Part shown: in pieces, positions 30,720 through 42,539 of the stretch
How the letters are laid out: each line of letters opens with the position of its first letter
Position numbering within the stretch: the stretch's first letter is position 1
Assembly (NCBI GenBank): GCA_951406725.2
Contig: OX597830.1
Coordinates: 3,968,001 to 4,032,000, forward strand
DNA length: 64,000 nt
DNA from: Octopus vulgaris
Lineage: Eukaryota
Direction of reading: 5' to 3'
Notes under the pieces: generated by a model
What the model was told of the DNA's origin: nothing
Databases searched by the model: none
What the model saw: only the letters and a program-made list of their open reading frames with translations
Made by a program: the position numbers and the translations under genes

Positions 30720-31390
30720 AGCAGAAACCAAAGTTGGTAATAAATATAAAAAGAAGCAACAGGCACTCAACTCATAGCTTCTTTAAAAGAAAAGCCTAAA
30801 GAAGCACATTCTACAGAGAGAATGGATAAAACAAAAGAAGTTTCAGAATTAAAGAAAGAAATAAAAGAGAGAATGGAGACTAGCATGGAACAAACACACT
30901 TTCGTGAAAAGTTATCAGAATGACTGCATAAGCCAGAAAAGTATGACAAATGTAAGAGGTACAACTGTCTCTAAGGATCGCAGATGAAAGGAGAGACTAT
31001 AAAACTTATTAACAGGAGCTCATTATCAATGTCTCCCCAACCAGAAATATATTCTGAAGCAACCAAGCCAAAGTGCTGTATGTATGGAAGATTTATTGTG
31101 ACTATCGACCACATAGTTGTTGGATAAACCACACTAACTGTATCAAAATATATTGGAAGATATTCAACAAGGTGAAAGCCTCCAACAGAAAAACTGTATT
31201 AATTGCAAAGGTAGTGAAAGAAGAGGGAAATGGTGCAATATTTTGGATGTGAAGCTACAAAGAATTGACCAATATCAGTATAAAAGAGAAGCAAGTGTTA
31301 CTCAGTAAGTGATATGACAAAAAGGAGGTTGAAAAACTTCTGAAATATAAAAACATGGAAATTGATTTAATCCATAAAGCACTAGGATTT
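30720..31390 (+). mobile_element. R4/Dong-like non-LTR retrotransposon C-terminus (CCHC finger, RLE endonuclease), decayed
   Basis: MKGETIKLI, CCMYGRFIVTIDHIVVG, EVEKLLKYKNMEID. Confidence 0.7.
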
Positions 31391-31939
31391 GCATTTACAT
31401 AGCAGGGACTGCTGAGCACATTTTATGAAAATGAGACTACCATGCACAGTTAAAAAACAAAAAAATAGTTAAAATATCTTCTTAGTATATAATGGGGACA
31501 AGTTTTACACCATCAGAAAAGTCATTAGTTGAACTATTAGCTCTCTTGCATTTTGGGGGGTATTAGAGCGTTTGAGTGACTTTAGACCCCAACAAACATC
31601 CGTAAATTAAATGCATCTATCTGGGCCATGATCATGGCCTGTCAACTTGTGCTAGACGCCTACGATTGTGGCCCATCATGCTTTATGGGAAATATAGGTA
31701 CAAGAGTAGTTCCAGTGATTATGAAGCATCACACAGAAAAGAGAAGTGATGAATTGGTTGGGAAATTTTTCTATCTTTGAAGTCCAGAAAGTAGTGTCTT
31801 GAGGAAGTGTCTTTATTCTGTACAAATATACTCTCTATAAAATGAGGAGAGAAAAGGCTTATAATGAAACATGCTCGACTCTGGAATTGTAGACTGGTTC
31901 TGCTAGAAAAGAGTAAGTGTACCCTTAAAGATGAGGCAT

Positions 31940-32150
31940 TAGTAATAACTTTTTCTAATTTGATGGCTGCGTCAGTTAGTTGATTAAATTAATCTCTGTA
32001 CCTGATTCTGATATTTTGTTTTATTGACTCAGGAAGGGTGAAAGGCAAAGTCGACCTCAGCAGAATTTGAACTCAGAACACGAGGACAGATGAAAAGCTG
32101 CTAAGCATTTAACCCAGCATGTTAATGATTCTACCAACTTGCCACCTTAA
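31940..32150 (-). mobile_element. tRNA-derived SINE (GGCAAAGTCGACCTC family)
   Basis: GAAAGGCAAAGTCGACCTCAGCAGAATTTGAACTCAGAAC, next to a (TAA)n tract. Confidence 0.75.
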
Positions 32151-33337
32151 TAATAATAATTATAATAATGAAGATAATAATAATAATAATAATAATAATA
32201 TGGATTAAAAATAATGAATAAATTTGATTGATTGCAAACTTAGTTTGTGAATATTTTCATCTGTGGATAAATATTAAAAGTCTTGCATTCAAACAAGATC
32301 AAAGAAAGAAACCAAACTGAAATAAATGATATGAAATTGTGTTTTTGTTCCCAAATTGAATAGTGTCCTAATTTTATTAGTGTGATATTTAAATCGGCAA
32401 TCATTTAATCTAAATTCTCTAATGAAACTGATGAAACATATCAAACAATTCATTTTTAGCTGACATACAAAAATTTTTTTTATCTAAGTTGTTAATTCTA
32501 TTGATTATTGTATATCATCTTGGTTTCCTGTGCAAGATAACATTTCGTATTTCTCATCTTTGAAACAATCTTTTAGAATCACTGTGTATTTTAGTATCGA
32601 CATGTTCTAGCCACCAGATTATCACCATGATAGAATATCTTGTTTTACTTTGTTCCATGTTCAACTGGCATTGCTATCTCATTTGAAAATGTTGACATCT
32701 GTGCATTAGAATTTTCTGATTAATCACTTGATACGACAACAAAGCCAACTAGATATGGATTTGAACCAGTAAAAGATATCCCAGTTGAATCAGCGCTGCC
32801 ATTGATATCATTACGATTTTCTTCATTAATACTCCTATATTTATGTTCTTTACAAGATTACATTATTTTTCCACTCATGCAGAACAGGTTATAGGCAAGT
32901 GAATATTTTTACTGAGCAATGTTCATTTTTATGTTCAAGTAATCCTTTGATGTCAGTGTCATCATAGAGAAAGAGGATTGATACCTACAAAATCATGGCT
33001 TAGGATGCTTTAAAACATTAGATAATGTTTAAAATGAGTCCATAATGTGTGTAACTTGAAACCGGCACTCTAGCAACTTATCCACACACTTGCATTATTG
33101 CCGTGTTATTTAATTCATCTGATATATTACATTGAAGTAATGAGACTATAACTCTCAGAAGTCTTCCACAGAACCTCTGTATCAGTTCACATCATAAAAT
33201 GCATTATAAAACTAAAGCCAGCTTAATTTCAATACATTTATTAATGTTTGACAAACCAAATATTTAACAGAACAAATATGAATAACTTGAAATGCAGCAA
33301 TAGCAACAGAGCAGATATTTTCACTTTAAACCCTTTT

Positions 33338-33485
33338 ACTGGTTCTGGCCAATGGGCTGTGGCTATGCAAGGGCACTGGTTCTGGCCAATGGGCTGTGGC
33401 TATGCAAGGGCACTGGTTCTGGCCAATGGGCTGTGGCTATGCAAGGGCACTGGTTCTGGTCAATGGGCTGTGGCTATGCAAGGGC
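33338..33485 (+). repeat. Near-perfect tandem repeat, 4 x 37 bp
   Basis: ACTGGTTCTGGCCAATGGGCTGTGGCTATGCAAGGGC x4, one substitution at 33460. Confidence 0.98.
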
Positions 33486-34420
33486 ACCAATATAATTCTA
33501 TACAAACAAATGATATCAACATCATATTTATTCCTTTATTACCATCTTTGAAACACATGAAATATGTCTCATTGCAATAATTATATTCTTTCTATTTGGT
33601 ACCTAATTGGTTCTGTGTCTTTTTTTTATGTCAGTTTTGTTATTGTGGTCATTGTTGCTTGTTATGGCTATGAAATACTCCTACCTAATACTCACTTTTA
33701 GAGACTCAAATTAATGAATTTGAACATGTGAATTTATGGACCTATACAACCCATGCTATCGTAATAAAGATGGAATTTCTGTTATGAAATAACAAATATT
33801 TCAATTTTAGTGATTGTAATGAAAATTAGTATAGAACATGGTAATTATATGGAAATTTTTCTTTTTTAATATTAGTAAATTAAAAGGTATAAATTCAAAA
33901 AACAACAACATTATCAGTAATTATATTATTGCAGCAGACAAAATAATTGTAGCAATAAAATAAAGTTGAAAAGATATATTTAATATAATATGGTCAATTA
34001 CTTTAATGCAGTTGTCTCTTATATTAATTTTATTAATTTCTATTTATATTTTTAGTTGATTTATGTGCAAATGCACTTATTCAATGAGGCTGAATATTTC
34101 AAGAAGTTCTATATGTTTTTTTTGTTGTTGTTTTTTTTTTTACATCAGTTTCTTTATATTAAATAAGGATAGTCACCAAAATTGGTCGGCTAATAATGGT
34201 CTGAGTTTGCAAGAAGCATGCAATAACCGTAATTACTTCATCTCATGGCACAACAATATACATCACTTTAGATGTTTTTTTTTTCTTTCCTAATTCATTT
34301 ATGCATTTCATTTATGAATTATTTGAATCTCTAATACATTCAGCTGCTCATAGAGGCTTTGTCTCATTTGTTATTGTTTAAAATCTTATAAACACAATAC
34401 ATTCTATTGTTGCTTTTATA

Positions 34421-34571
34421 TGGCAGTGTGGTAAGAAGCTTGCTCCCCAGCCACATGGTTCCAGGTTCAGTCCCACTGGATGACACCTTGGGCAAGTGTT
34501 TTCTACTATACTTCAGGCCGACCAAAGCCTTGTGAGTGGATTTGGTAGACAGAAACTGAAAGAAGCCCATC

Positions 34572-34610
<39 letters not shown>

Positions 34611-34800
34611 CTTGTGTGTCTGTGTTTGTCCCCTCACCATCACATGTCAACTGATATCAGTGTGTTTATGTCTTCGTGACTTAGTAGTTCAGGAAAAGAG
34701 ACTGATAGAATAAGTAATAGGCTTACAAGGAATAACTCCAGGGGTCAATTTCTTCAACTAAAAGGCTGTGCTCCAGCATGGCCACAGTCAAATGACTGAA
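34421..34800 (+). mobile_element. CORE-like SINE
   Basis: Same family as 19343; tail fused directly to a Penelope fragment. Confidence 0.85.
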
Positions 34801-35237
34801 CCCTGACCTTCCTACGCCTACCCCATCTTCACCCAACCACCCCAACTCTCCTCCCCACACCTCTACTGACCCAACTCATCCCACCACACCGCTTCCTTGC
34901 ACTGTTGTCACTATACCCCTCAATCTCCCCGTCTCTGCTGCCAAGCGCTCTCTCCTCAGTAAGGGACTCTGCTTCATGCCCCTCACGTGCCATTGTGACG
35001 AATTCGAGTTCACCATATGCAGCTTTTTTTTTCAATATGTGACCTCGTGAGTACCGCTGGCAATTTTTTTCCTCTGTCTTCCCTTCTCGGGATCTTTCCT
35101 TCTCCTATGTTTCCGACGAAGAGCTCTGCTCGAAACGTTAAACCCTCCTTCTTCCCTTCTTTCCTGAGCGTCCAATAATACTTTATTTGTTCCACGTCTT
35201 CGCGTTGTTTTTTTTTTTGTGTTTTCTTGTTTGGATA

Positions 35238-35245
<8 letters not shown>
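34801..35245 (+). mobile_element. Deleted Penelope-like element: ORF N-terminal piece plus pLTR
   Basis: 34901-35010 translates TVVTIPLNLPVSAAKRSLLSKGLCFMPLTCHCDEF (TIP..LS..ERSVLSKGL.F.P motif); hammerhead-like motif follows; ends in (TA)n. Confidence 0.75.
35109..35143 (+). ncRNA. Minimal hammerhead ribozyme-like motif in Penelope pLTR
   Basis: GTTT-CCGACGAA-GAGC TCT GCTC-GAAACGTTA-AAC; perfect stem II, palindromic AACGTT; core differs from CUGAnGA. Confidence 0.5.
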
Positions 35246-35295
<50 letters not shown>

Positions 35296-35300
<5 letters not shown>

Positions 35301-35470
35301 GTATGGTTTAGTGGTTAAAGTACTTGGCTCATGGTCATAAGATCATAAGTTCAATTCCTGGTGCTGCATTTGAGCAAGATATTTTATTTCTCATTGCTCC
35401 TGTCCACTCAAATGGCAAAAATAAGCTGAATCTGTATTTCAAAGGGCCAGCCTTGTCACATTCTGTGTCA
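35296..35470 (+). mobile_element. tRNA-derived SINE, 3'-truncated
   Basis: TGGTTTAGTGG A box, GTTCAATTCC B box, CTGTATTTCAAAGGGCCAGCCTTGTCACA body. Confidence 0.7.
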
Positions 35471-36241
35471 AGCTATACCCACAGTTTATTTCTATATACA
35501 GGTTAGTGGGCTGTTATGTAGATGTATGTGTGTGTGTATGTGTATATATGCATATGTATGTATATGCATATGTATGTAGGTAAATGGATATGAATGTAAA
35601 CAGATAGACATATAGATAGATAGTTATACAGGTATTATGAACAGACAAGCACACATACGCACACATATAGAAATGAAGACTGAAATACATGACCATACAC
35701 ACACACACACACACATTTCACTTCACACAAGGACACATATGGAAACACATATCCATACATAACAGACACAGTACATAGTCACAAAAACCCATAGACAGAC
35801 ACACTCAGACATGCACACACAAGGAGACAGAGGTACACACACACACACATGCAAACACACACTCACACACAAACACATGAATATGCAGAATATATACATA
35901 CAAATGTACATATATACGCATGTGCACACACACATAATATGCATACACACATGCATGCATGCATACACACATGCATGCATGCATACACACATACATATGT
36001 GTATGCACATGCACACTGATCCACACACATGTGCACAAACAAACAAAGAATGCAGCTCGGATAATGGACAGAGTCAACGACTATTGAAAAGTTTGCAAGA
36101 CGCAACGAAAATTTTAGAAAAAGTAAATAGGTAAATGAGTGGAAACTAAACCGGTGAGTGTGTTAAATAATATGGCACTAAACGAGAACGACTCTCTCCA
36201 GACACCACAAAATATGTATATATCTATCTATCTATCTATCA

Positions 36242-36695
36242 CCATCATCATCGTTTAACGTCCGCTTTCCGTGCTAGCATGGGTTGGACGATTTGACTGA
36301 GGTCTGGCGAACCAGATGGCTGCACCAGACACCAATCTGATCTGGCAGAGTTTCTACAGCTGGATGCCCTTTCTAATGCCAACCACTCCGAGAGTGTAGT
36401 GGGTGCTTTAATGTGCCACTGGCACGAGGGCCCATCAGGCAGTACTGGCAATGGCCATGCTCAAATGGGGTTTTTTATGTGCCACCTGCGCAGGAGCCAG
36501 TCCAGCGGCACTGGCAACGACCTCACTTGAATGTTTTTTTCATGTTGCAGTAAGGCGACGCAGGTAACGATCATGCTCGAATGGAGTTTTTTCGTGCCAT
36601 CGGCACGGAGGCCAGCTCGTTGCTCTGGCAACGATCTCGCTCGTATGTTACTCTCAGCACTCCACCAGCACAGATGCCAGTCATCAAATTTGATT

Positions 36696-36700
<5 letters not shown>
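36242..36700 (-). mobile_element. RTE-type 3' end with (GAT)n tail and diverged ~60 bp subrepeats
   Basis: Reverse complement of the 1521-2070 family. Confidence 0.8.
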
Positions 36701-36748
<48 letters not shown>

Positions 36749-36749
<1 letters not shown>

Positions 36750-37052
36750 GAGGCGCAATGGCCTAGTGGTTAGGGCAGCGGACTCGCGGTCGTAGGATCG
36801 CGGTTTCGATTCCCAGACCGGGTGTTGTGAGTGTTTATTGAGCGAAAACACCTTAAAGCTCCACGAGGCTCCGGCAGGGGGTGGTGATCCCTGCTGTACT
36901 CTTTCACCACTCTTTCTCCCACTCTTTCTTCTGTTGGCCTGCTCGCTTAGCCAGCGGAGTGGCGTCATTCGAAGGCTAAAACAATGCGAACGCATTGTGA
37001 CCAGCGATATGTAACTACATCTGATGGACTGGTTGGTCACGTGATCACGTGA
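36749..37052 (+). mobile_element. Young tRNA-derived SINE with intact Pol III boxes
   Basis: A box TGGCCTAGTGG 36759-36769, B box GTTTCGATTCC 36803-36813, CpG-rich, ends GTCACGTGATCACGTGA in (TA)n. Confidence 0.88.
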
Positions 37053-38029
37053 TATATATGTATATATATATATACCCTTCCACAATCTTGTTTTCCTCTT
37101 CAATATGACTTCCAGATTTTTAAGTCTAATGTACATTGTCACCCATTGACTTCTGTCTAGCATCCATTTTATTCTGGTAGTTCTTACGTTTTCAGTGGTC
37201 TAAGCAACTTGTAATGAGCAAATGCTTTTATATATATATATAATTTCAATTTATAGACATTTGTTGGCTGCTCTTCTCTTTCTCTAAAATTAATTGTATT
37301 CTTTACATGTCGTATATTTAGAATAGGGAAAATGAGCAAAATTTTCAAGTGAAGAAAATAATTTACGAAACAAGGATTTAGATATTATATTAAGTACTTC
37401 GAGAAGGACTACTAACATAACGAAGCAATAATGGCTCATGAGTGATGGTTTGATATTTCTTACATCGGGCTAATCATTTCAACAGTTGCCAATGAAGAGC
37501 CATTCCCACTGGAACCAAAGGCTGTCTTGCTTTTGTGATTGTTTATCATTGACGAATTGTCACAAAGCTTGTATACGTATAAACATTTATCCATGCTTTA
37601 CACACATCAACATCATCACCTTAACATCTGTTTCTCCATGTTTACATAAATTGGCCAAAGTTCATTGATACAAATTTCCTTAGATTGGATGCCCTTCCTT
37701 TCACCAACCTTCAACTATTTCCAAGCAGGTTAATACTGCCTCATGGCCAGACATGTCTCTGCAGAATATTGGAAATGAATGACATGGCACACGGTGGCAC
37801 ACGTTTGCAACTGTCATACAATGTCAAAATAAGGAGACACAAACATACTTGTACACACACACACACATTTATATATATATAAAACAGGCTTCTATTAATT
37901 TCCATCTACCAAATCCTCTCGCAAGGCTTTGATTGGCTATAAAAAAAGACACTTGTCCAAGGTACCATGCCATGGAACTGAACACAAAACCACACAGCCA
38001 CACCTGCATATATATAGATATATATATTC

Positions 38030-38213
38030 GCCATGATAGATTGTTAGCCACTACACAGATTTTTTTTCTCTCCTTTTTTCTTCTATGTTCCTTTCTGTAG
38101 AAGAGCGTAGGCACGAAATGTAAAAGACTTTTTCAATTCCTGAACATTATACTATTACATCTGTTTGTTTTCTACACAACCTGTCTTCGTCTTTTGTATT
38201 TTTCATGAATTCT

Positions 38214-38218
<5 letters not shown>
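38030..38218 (+). mobile_element. Penelope pLTR-like solo fragment with decayed hammerhead-like motif
   Basis: CTTT-CTGTAGAA-GAGC GTAG GCAC-GAAATGTA-AAAG at 38091-38126; flanked by TA repeats. Confidence 0.55.
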
Positions 38219-38257
<39 letters not shown>

Positions 38258-39184
38258 ATGTGTTTGTTTGATATTATCTTGGTAATAACTTCATAATGTG
38301 CATTTCAAAGCACTAATACAGTTATCAGCTACCATATACCATCATACAGCAGGATTAATCCTTTTATATGTGGAATGCTGTTAGTGTATGCAGAATTTAT
38401 ATAAAAATTTATAAAACAAGATGTTGCTTTATGAATATATATAGAAGAAAGGGAGAGAGGGAGACTGAAGTATGAAGAAAAGTTTGTTCATATTAACAGT
38501 TTCTGACCAGATCACAAAGCACTCCAGTATGATAGGCAACTATCCAATACCATTAACATTGCTATTATTCACGTCGACATGGATCATATTCATGTCAATG
38601 AATGAAGCCTGTTCTTTGGAAAAGTTTTTGCATTACATTTAGGGCATTTATGTATGTCGTTGTTGACATTCTGTGTGAATAGGCAAGTTGCTATGCTTCG
38701 TGTTTTGTGTAACTGTGCAAGCTCAGTAATGTCACAACAACAAACATTGGCATCAACACTTTAAAGGATTTACCTTCTGGATACTTCAGATGGAACAATT
38801 TGTTTTTTACTATGTCTACTCATGTTTGGAATAGAACATGGCTGCACGATCTCTTGCCTCATGAATGCCGAATGAGTTTGTAGCCTTTAACCATAACAGA
38901 TTACAATTGCTTTGAATGCTGTTTTCTATGATCTGCTTACAAGGTCTTTCAGCATTAAAGTACTGCAGGCATTATTTAGCATTCAGGAAAAGCCTTTGTA
39001 TAATATTGGATCACAGAGTGCTTCTTAAAGCCAATCTATCAAGCCATAACACATCATTCCTATCCAATGTATGAAGTTATTATCAACATTACCTTAACTT
39101 AAATTCTGCTGTTGCAGTCTAAAGTATATCTCTGAGAGAAGTTCTCTTTGACATATGTAATTAGAAAATCAGATGCTGTCAGCT

Positions 39185-39385
39185 GTGTTGCACACCTCCA
39201 TATTCTCAAAAACTTAACCTATGGACGTTCTTTGTGTGGATTAGAAATGAATTTATGAGGTTTATGATTGAATTGAAACAGCAAACTGTGTGGTCCATAC
39301 AATTGCTGGAGTTATTCTCTCAATATCTGAATTGGATTCAGCAGCAGGTATCCTTCTTGATAAAAATGGACTTCAGTGTTTGTTC
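39185..39385 (+). mobile_element. Old Tc1/mariner transposase C-terminal fragment nested in the iGluR remnant
   Basis: PPYSQKLN..(MD)FFVW...IELKQQ...LDKNG resembles PPYSPDLNPMDFFVW...ELK...C...NG. Confidence 0.5.
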
Positions 39386-40723
39386 TGAGAAAAAAAATTC
39401 TGATAGAGATGGCTCTGAAGCATTGGTTGTCCATGAAATGTCCCTTTTGGCATTAACTATATTAACGAGTTCTTAGCAATAACACTGTTTAAATTATTCT
39501 TAGCAAAAGTATTTTTTGTATTATCAAATGCCTTTTGCATCAAATTCTATAGTTTAACTGGTGCCAATTTGTATGTGGTTTGTTCATTTAAGAATAGTTT
39601 TGGCAAATATTACTCACAGGAATTGACCAATCCTTAAAAGAACTCCAGTTTTCTGAACCAAATGTGGAAATATCTTCCTTTGAAATAAAAATTACTGAAA
39701 ATGATACCTTGTTACCATTAAATAAACTTTTCTATGTATTAACAACCAAATCTTTGTCTCTCAGTTGATTCCTAGTAATCGTGGTTTTCAAGTTCAATCC
39801 TTCCTACACCCAAACATCTATCATGCTGAGAGTTTATTTTAGTTGTTTTTATACAACGTCCTCTAACATGTTTTGTATTGTTTGTGAAAAACGGGGCACC
39901 TGCTGCTTAGGAAAAGTTAGACATGGAGACTCAGATCTGAAAGGATTAAGGCACTAAAGGTGTACCATGGTGCCACCTATTAGAAGTGATAACAGAACAG
40001 GATATATGGTCCATTCATTATAGCGTGTTTGTGATGTAATTAGAAGTTGTTGTTAATTGGTGATTATGACTAACAAGTAATTATCAAATCAGTATTGAAT
40101 TAATATGTACTCCATACTAATTGAGAGTTAATTGGTTGGAGAGGATATGTAAAGTCAGTATGTTTGATATTGATTGAAGTTGGTTCTGTTATCTGCAGAG
40201 ATAAAATGGCAAAGTCATATTTAGCAACTTTTGATCTCAAAACAGTAAATCCCAAAACGATTCCCCACTCTGTTATAGTGACACAGATCAATGAAAGAAC
40301 TTCTGTACAGTTCCTCTGCCTACTAGAAATAGCAACCAAATATCTTGCTTGACTTCAAATAAGAAGGAAACATCTTGTGATTTGACCTCTGGGGCAAACA
40401 ACAACAACAACTATAGCAGCAGTAACAGACATCTACTTTAGTGTGCTTTACTTAAGCTGTACTTCTTGGGATATTATATTATTATCATTAACATCCTCAT
40501 CTTTGCATGGGTCACACAGAATTCTTTGCAGTAGATTTGCTATGGCTGGATGTTCTTTCTATCACTAACCCTCATTTGTTTCAAAGCAAAGTATTATTTT
40601 ACCATGAATTGCCATGCTTCCATTGAAGATTAGGAATGGATGACACTGATTTTAAGCTATCACATAATGGCAAGACAAGGAAGCACACACACTTGCATTC
40701 ATGTATGTATGTATATATGTATC

Positions 40724-40754
<31 letters not shown>

Positions 40755-40758
<4 letters not shown>

Positions 40759-40848
40759 CAAAATGGGACAAGAACACAAAACATCCGGACAACTAGGTGA
40801 TACCATTTAGTTGTTCAGATGTTTTGCGTTCTTGTCCCATCTTGTATT
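40755..40848. repeat. Imperfect hairpin (~41 bp arms, 12 nt loop) embedded in (TA)n
   Basis: AATACAAAATGGGACAAGAACACAAAACATCCGGACAACTA / TAGTTGTTCAGATGTTTTGCGTTCTTGTCCCATCTTGTATT. Confidence 0.9.
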
Positions 40849-40930
40849 TTATATATATATATATATATAGCAGCGTACGCTCACTTTGTTCTCTTATATG
40901 TAAGTACACATTTTACTATATATATATATA

Positions 40931-41003
40931 ATTGCACAACACCTTGAGCCAACAAATAGCTTTCTGAGTGGATTTGGTTGACAGAAACTGAAAGAAGCCT
41001 AGA

Positions 41004-41051
<48 letters not shown>

Positions 41052-41112
41052 CATCTGGGCTTCTTTCAGTTTCTGTCACAAAGCTTTTTGTTGGCTCAAG
41101 GTGTTGTGCAAT
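40931..41112. repeat. Fold-back inverted duplication of a SINE segment around a (TA)n spacer
   Basis: Arms 40931-41007 and 41050-41112 are reverse complements. Confidence 0.9.
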
Positions 41113-41941
41113 GGGATTGAACCCAAAATCACATGATTGAGAAGCAAGCTTCTTAACCACAAAGCCTTATTTCACCTAAATGAATTTTTCAAATTCCTGA
41201 AGAAGTTTCCATCAATTATATTTTCGTGTGCTTTTCCTCCACAGAGAATCTCAGCCACTGACTAAAATAATCTCATATGAAGAATGTTATGTTATCATTG
41301 AATTTAATATTGAATATTTAGCTTCACTCAAATCTTGGTCAATATTGAATTGACAGAACAATGAAAATCCAACTGCAATGAGAATTGGAACCAGCACTTT
41401 GTCAATTCTGGCAATTAAACTTAACCTCTCAGAGTTTATGCATCTGTCTATTCTTATTCCATTAGTTGGTGTCCAGGAGTCATAATTCATAAATACTTAT
41501 TAGATCCTACATTCTGCTTCCAGTATCATCCCTTTTAGCTCGTATGACCATGTCCAGCCTTGTTTGCCAGTGAAATTGCTTCTATTTGACTCTTAATTAA
41601 TGTCTGTTGATCTTATCAGAGATGAGGTTCATTGCAAAGTGACAGCCACTTTGTGATCCAATTTCTTGATCATTTCACTTCTTATTAGCAAATATTCTTA
41701 ATTTACATTTTAATTGCTAGCAAGGACACTGTATTTCATTTTGCAACCACAATATGCTATCAAGTGCATTAAAGGCTTACAAGTCAGTAGTGAACCTTAC
41801 ATTTGTATAAGCAGTGTTCCCATTTTTAAGTTTATCTCTACAGATTCTGTCAAGAATTCAGAGCCTGCACTGATAGCAGAAAATGCTAGAGATGACAGCA
41901 AATCTAACAAAAAACAGTTATATAATATTTCTTATTCATTT

Positions 41942-42175
41942 GCCTAGAAAAGCAAACTGACAAGGCATCACTCGCTCTCCAACAGGTTTATGGTTGAGCC
42001 AATGGCAGTGGAGAATTCCAGTCTTCTTGGCTCCCAGACCATATCCCTGCTCACTACTATCGGGGTGGAAATAGGTGTCTGTAAGTGCAAGCCATGTGAG
42101 TCCGAGTGGTTGTTCCAGTGCATTTCCCTCACCATCCTCAAGGGCAATGCTTTTTCCATTTTGTCTGCTGGGACC
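41942..42175 (+). mobile_element. CRE-clade non-LTR retrotransposon C-terminal fragment
   Basis: A*KSKLTRHHSLSNRFMVEPMAVENSSLLG...EWLFQCISLTILKGNAFSIL resembles KY...F.P.AVET.G..G...LFQR.S.AI.RGNA.SIL. Confidence 0.75.
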
Positions 42176-42539
42176 ATGAGACAGTCTGACTTACAGGGAA
42201 TTGTATTTTTCACTTCTTAATGTAGAGTTTCTTTGCTTTTATTGCATAATTTTGTAATTAGGTTTTGAGTAATTAATTATTTCAATTTTCTTTTTAAAAT
42301 TAGAATCATACAGACTTATGGAATGGGAAAAACAACAGATGCTGAGCAAAAACAAAAACTTAGAAGCATATTTTTTATCATTCAAATGGCACTGGTTTAC
42401 TGTTAGGGCTTCCTGTAGTTTTCCCCTTGTTTGGCAGTAAAAGTAATTATCTATTGTTGAATGGAAAGTTCAAAATATTGCTGTTTCTGTTGTCAACTCA
42501 TATCCTGATATTTTTCATTTCATCAGAACAATTAAAGAT

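Larger units (their letters stand above)
38820..41930 (-). pseudogene. Decayed, apparently intron-less ionotropic glutamate receptor-like gene, split by TE insertions
   Basis: Collinear motifs: SNFTGKQG 41557-41580, WTPTNGI 41455-41475, SYEIILVS 41257-41280, DFAILSLQIT..DFTYP 40142-40216, M1-like EWTIYPVLLSLLIGGTMVHL*CLNPF ~39940-40017, KQQ(G) ~39900, IPVSNI..LNEQTTYK 39568-39622, IGFKKHS 39015-39035, C..ATNSFGIHE..AMFY 38831-38910. Confidence 0.65.

Noticed and set aside
33338-33485. 37-bp repeat of CRISPR-like length
   Set aside because: Head-to-tail with no spacers; SINE-derived
36749-36825. tRNA gene
   Set aside because: No proper acceptor stem, and it continues into a SINE body shared with 18437
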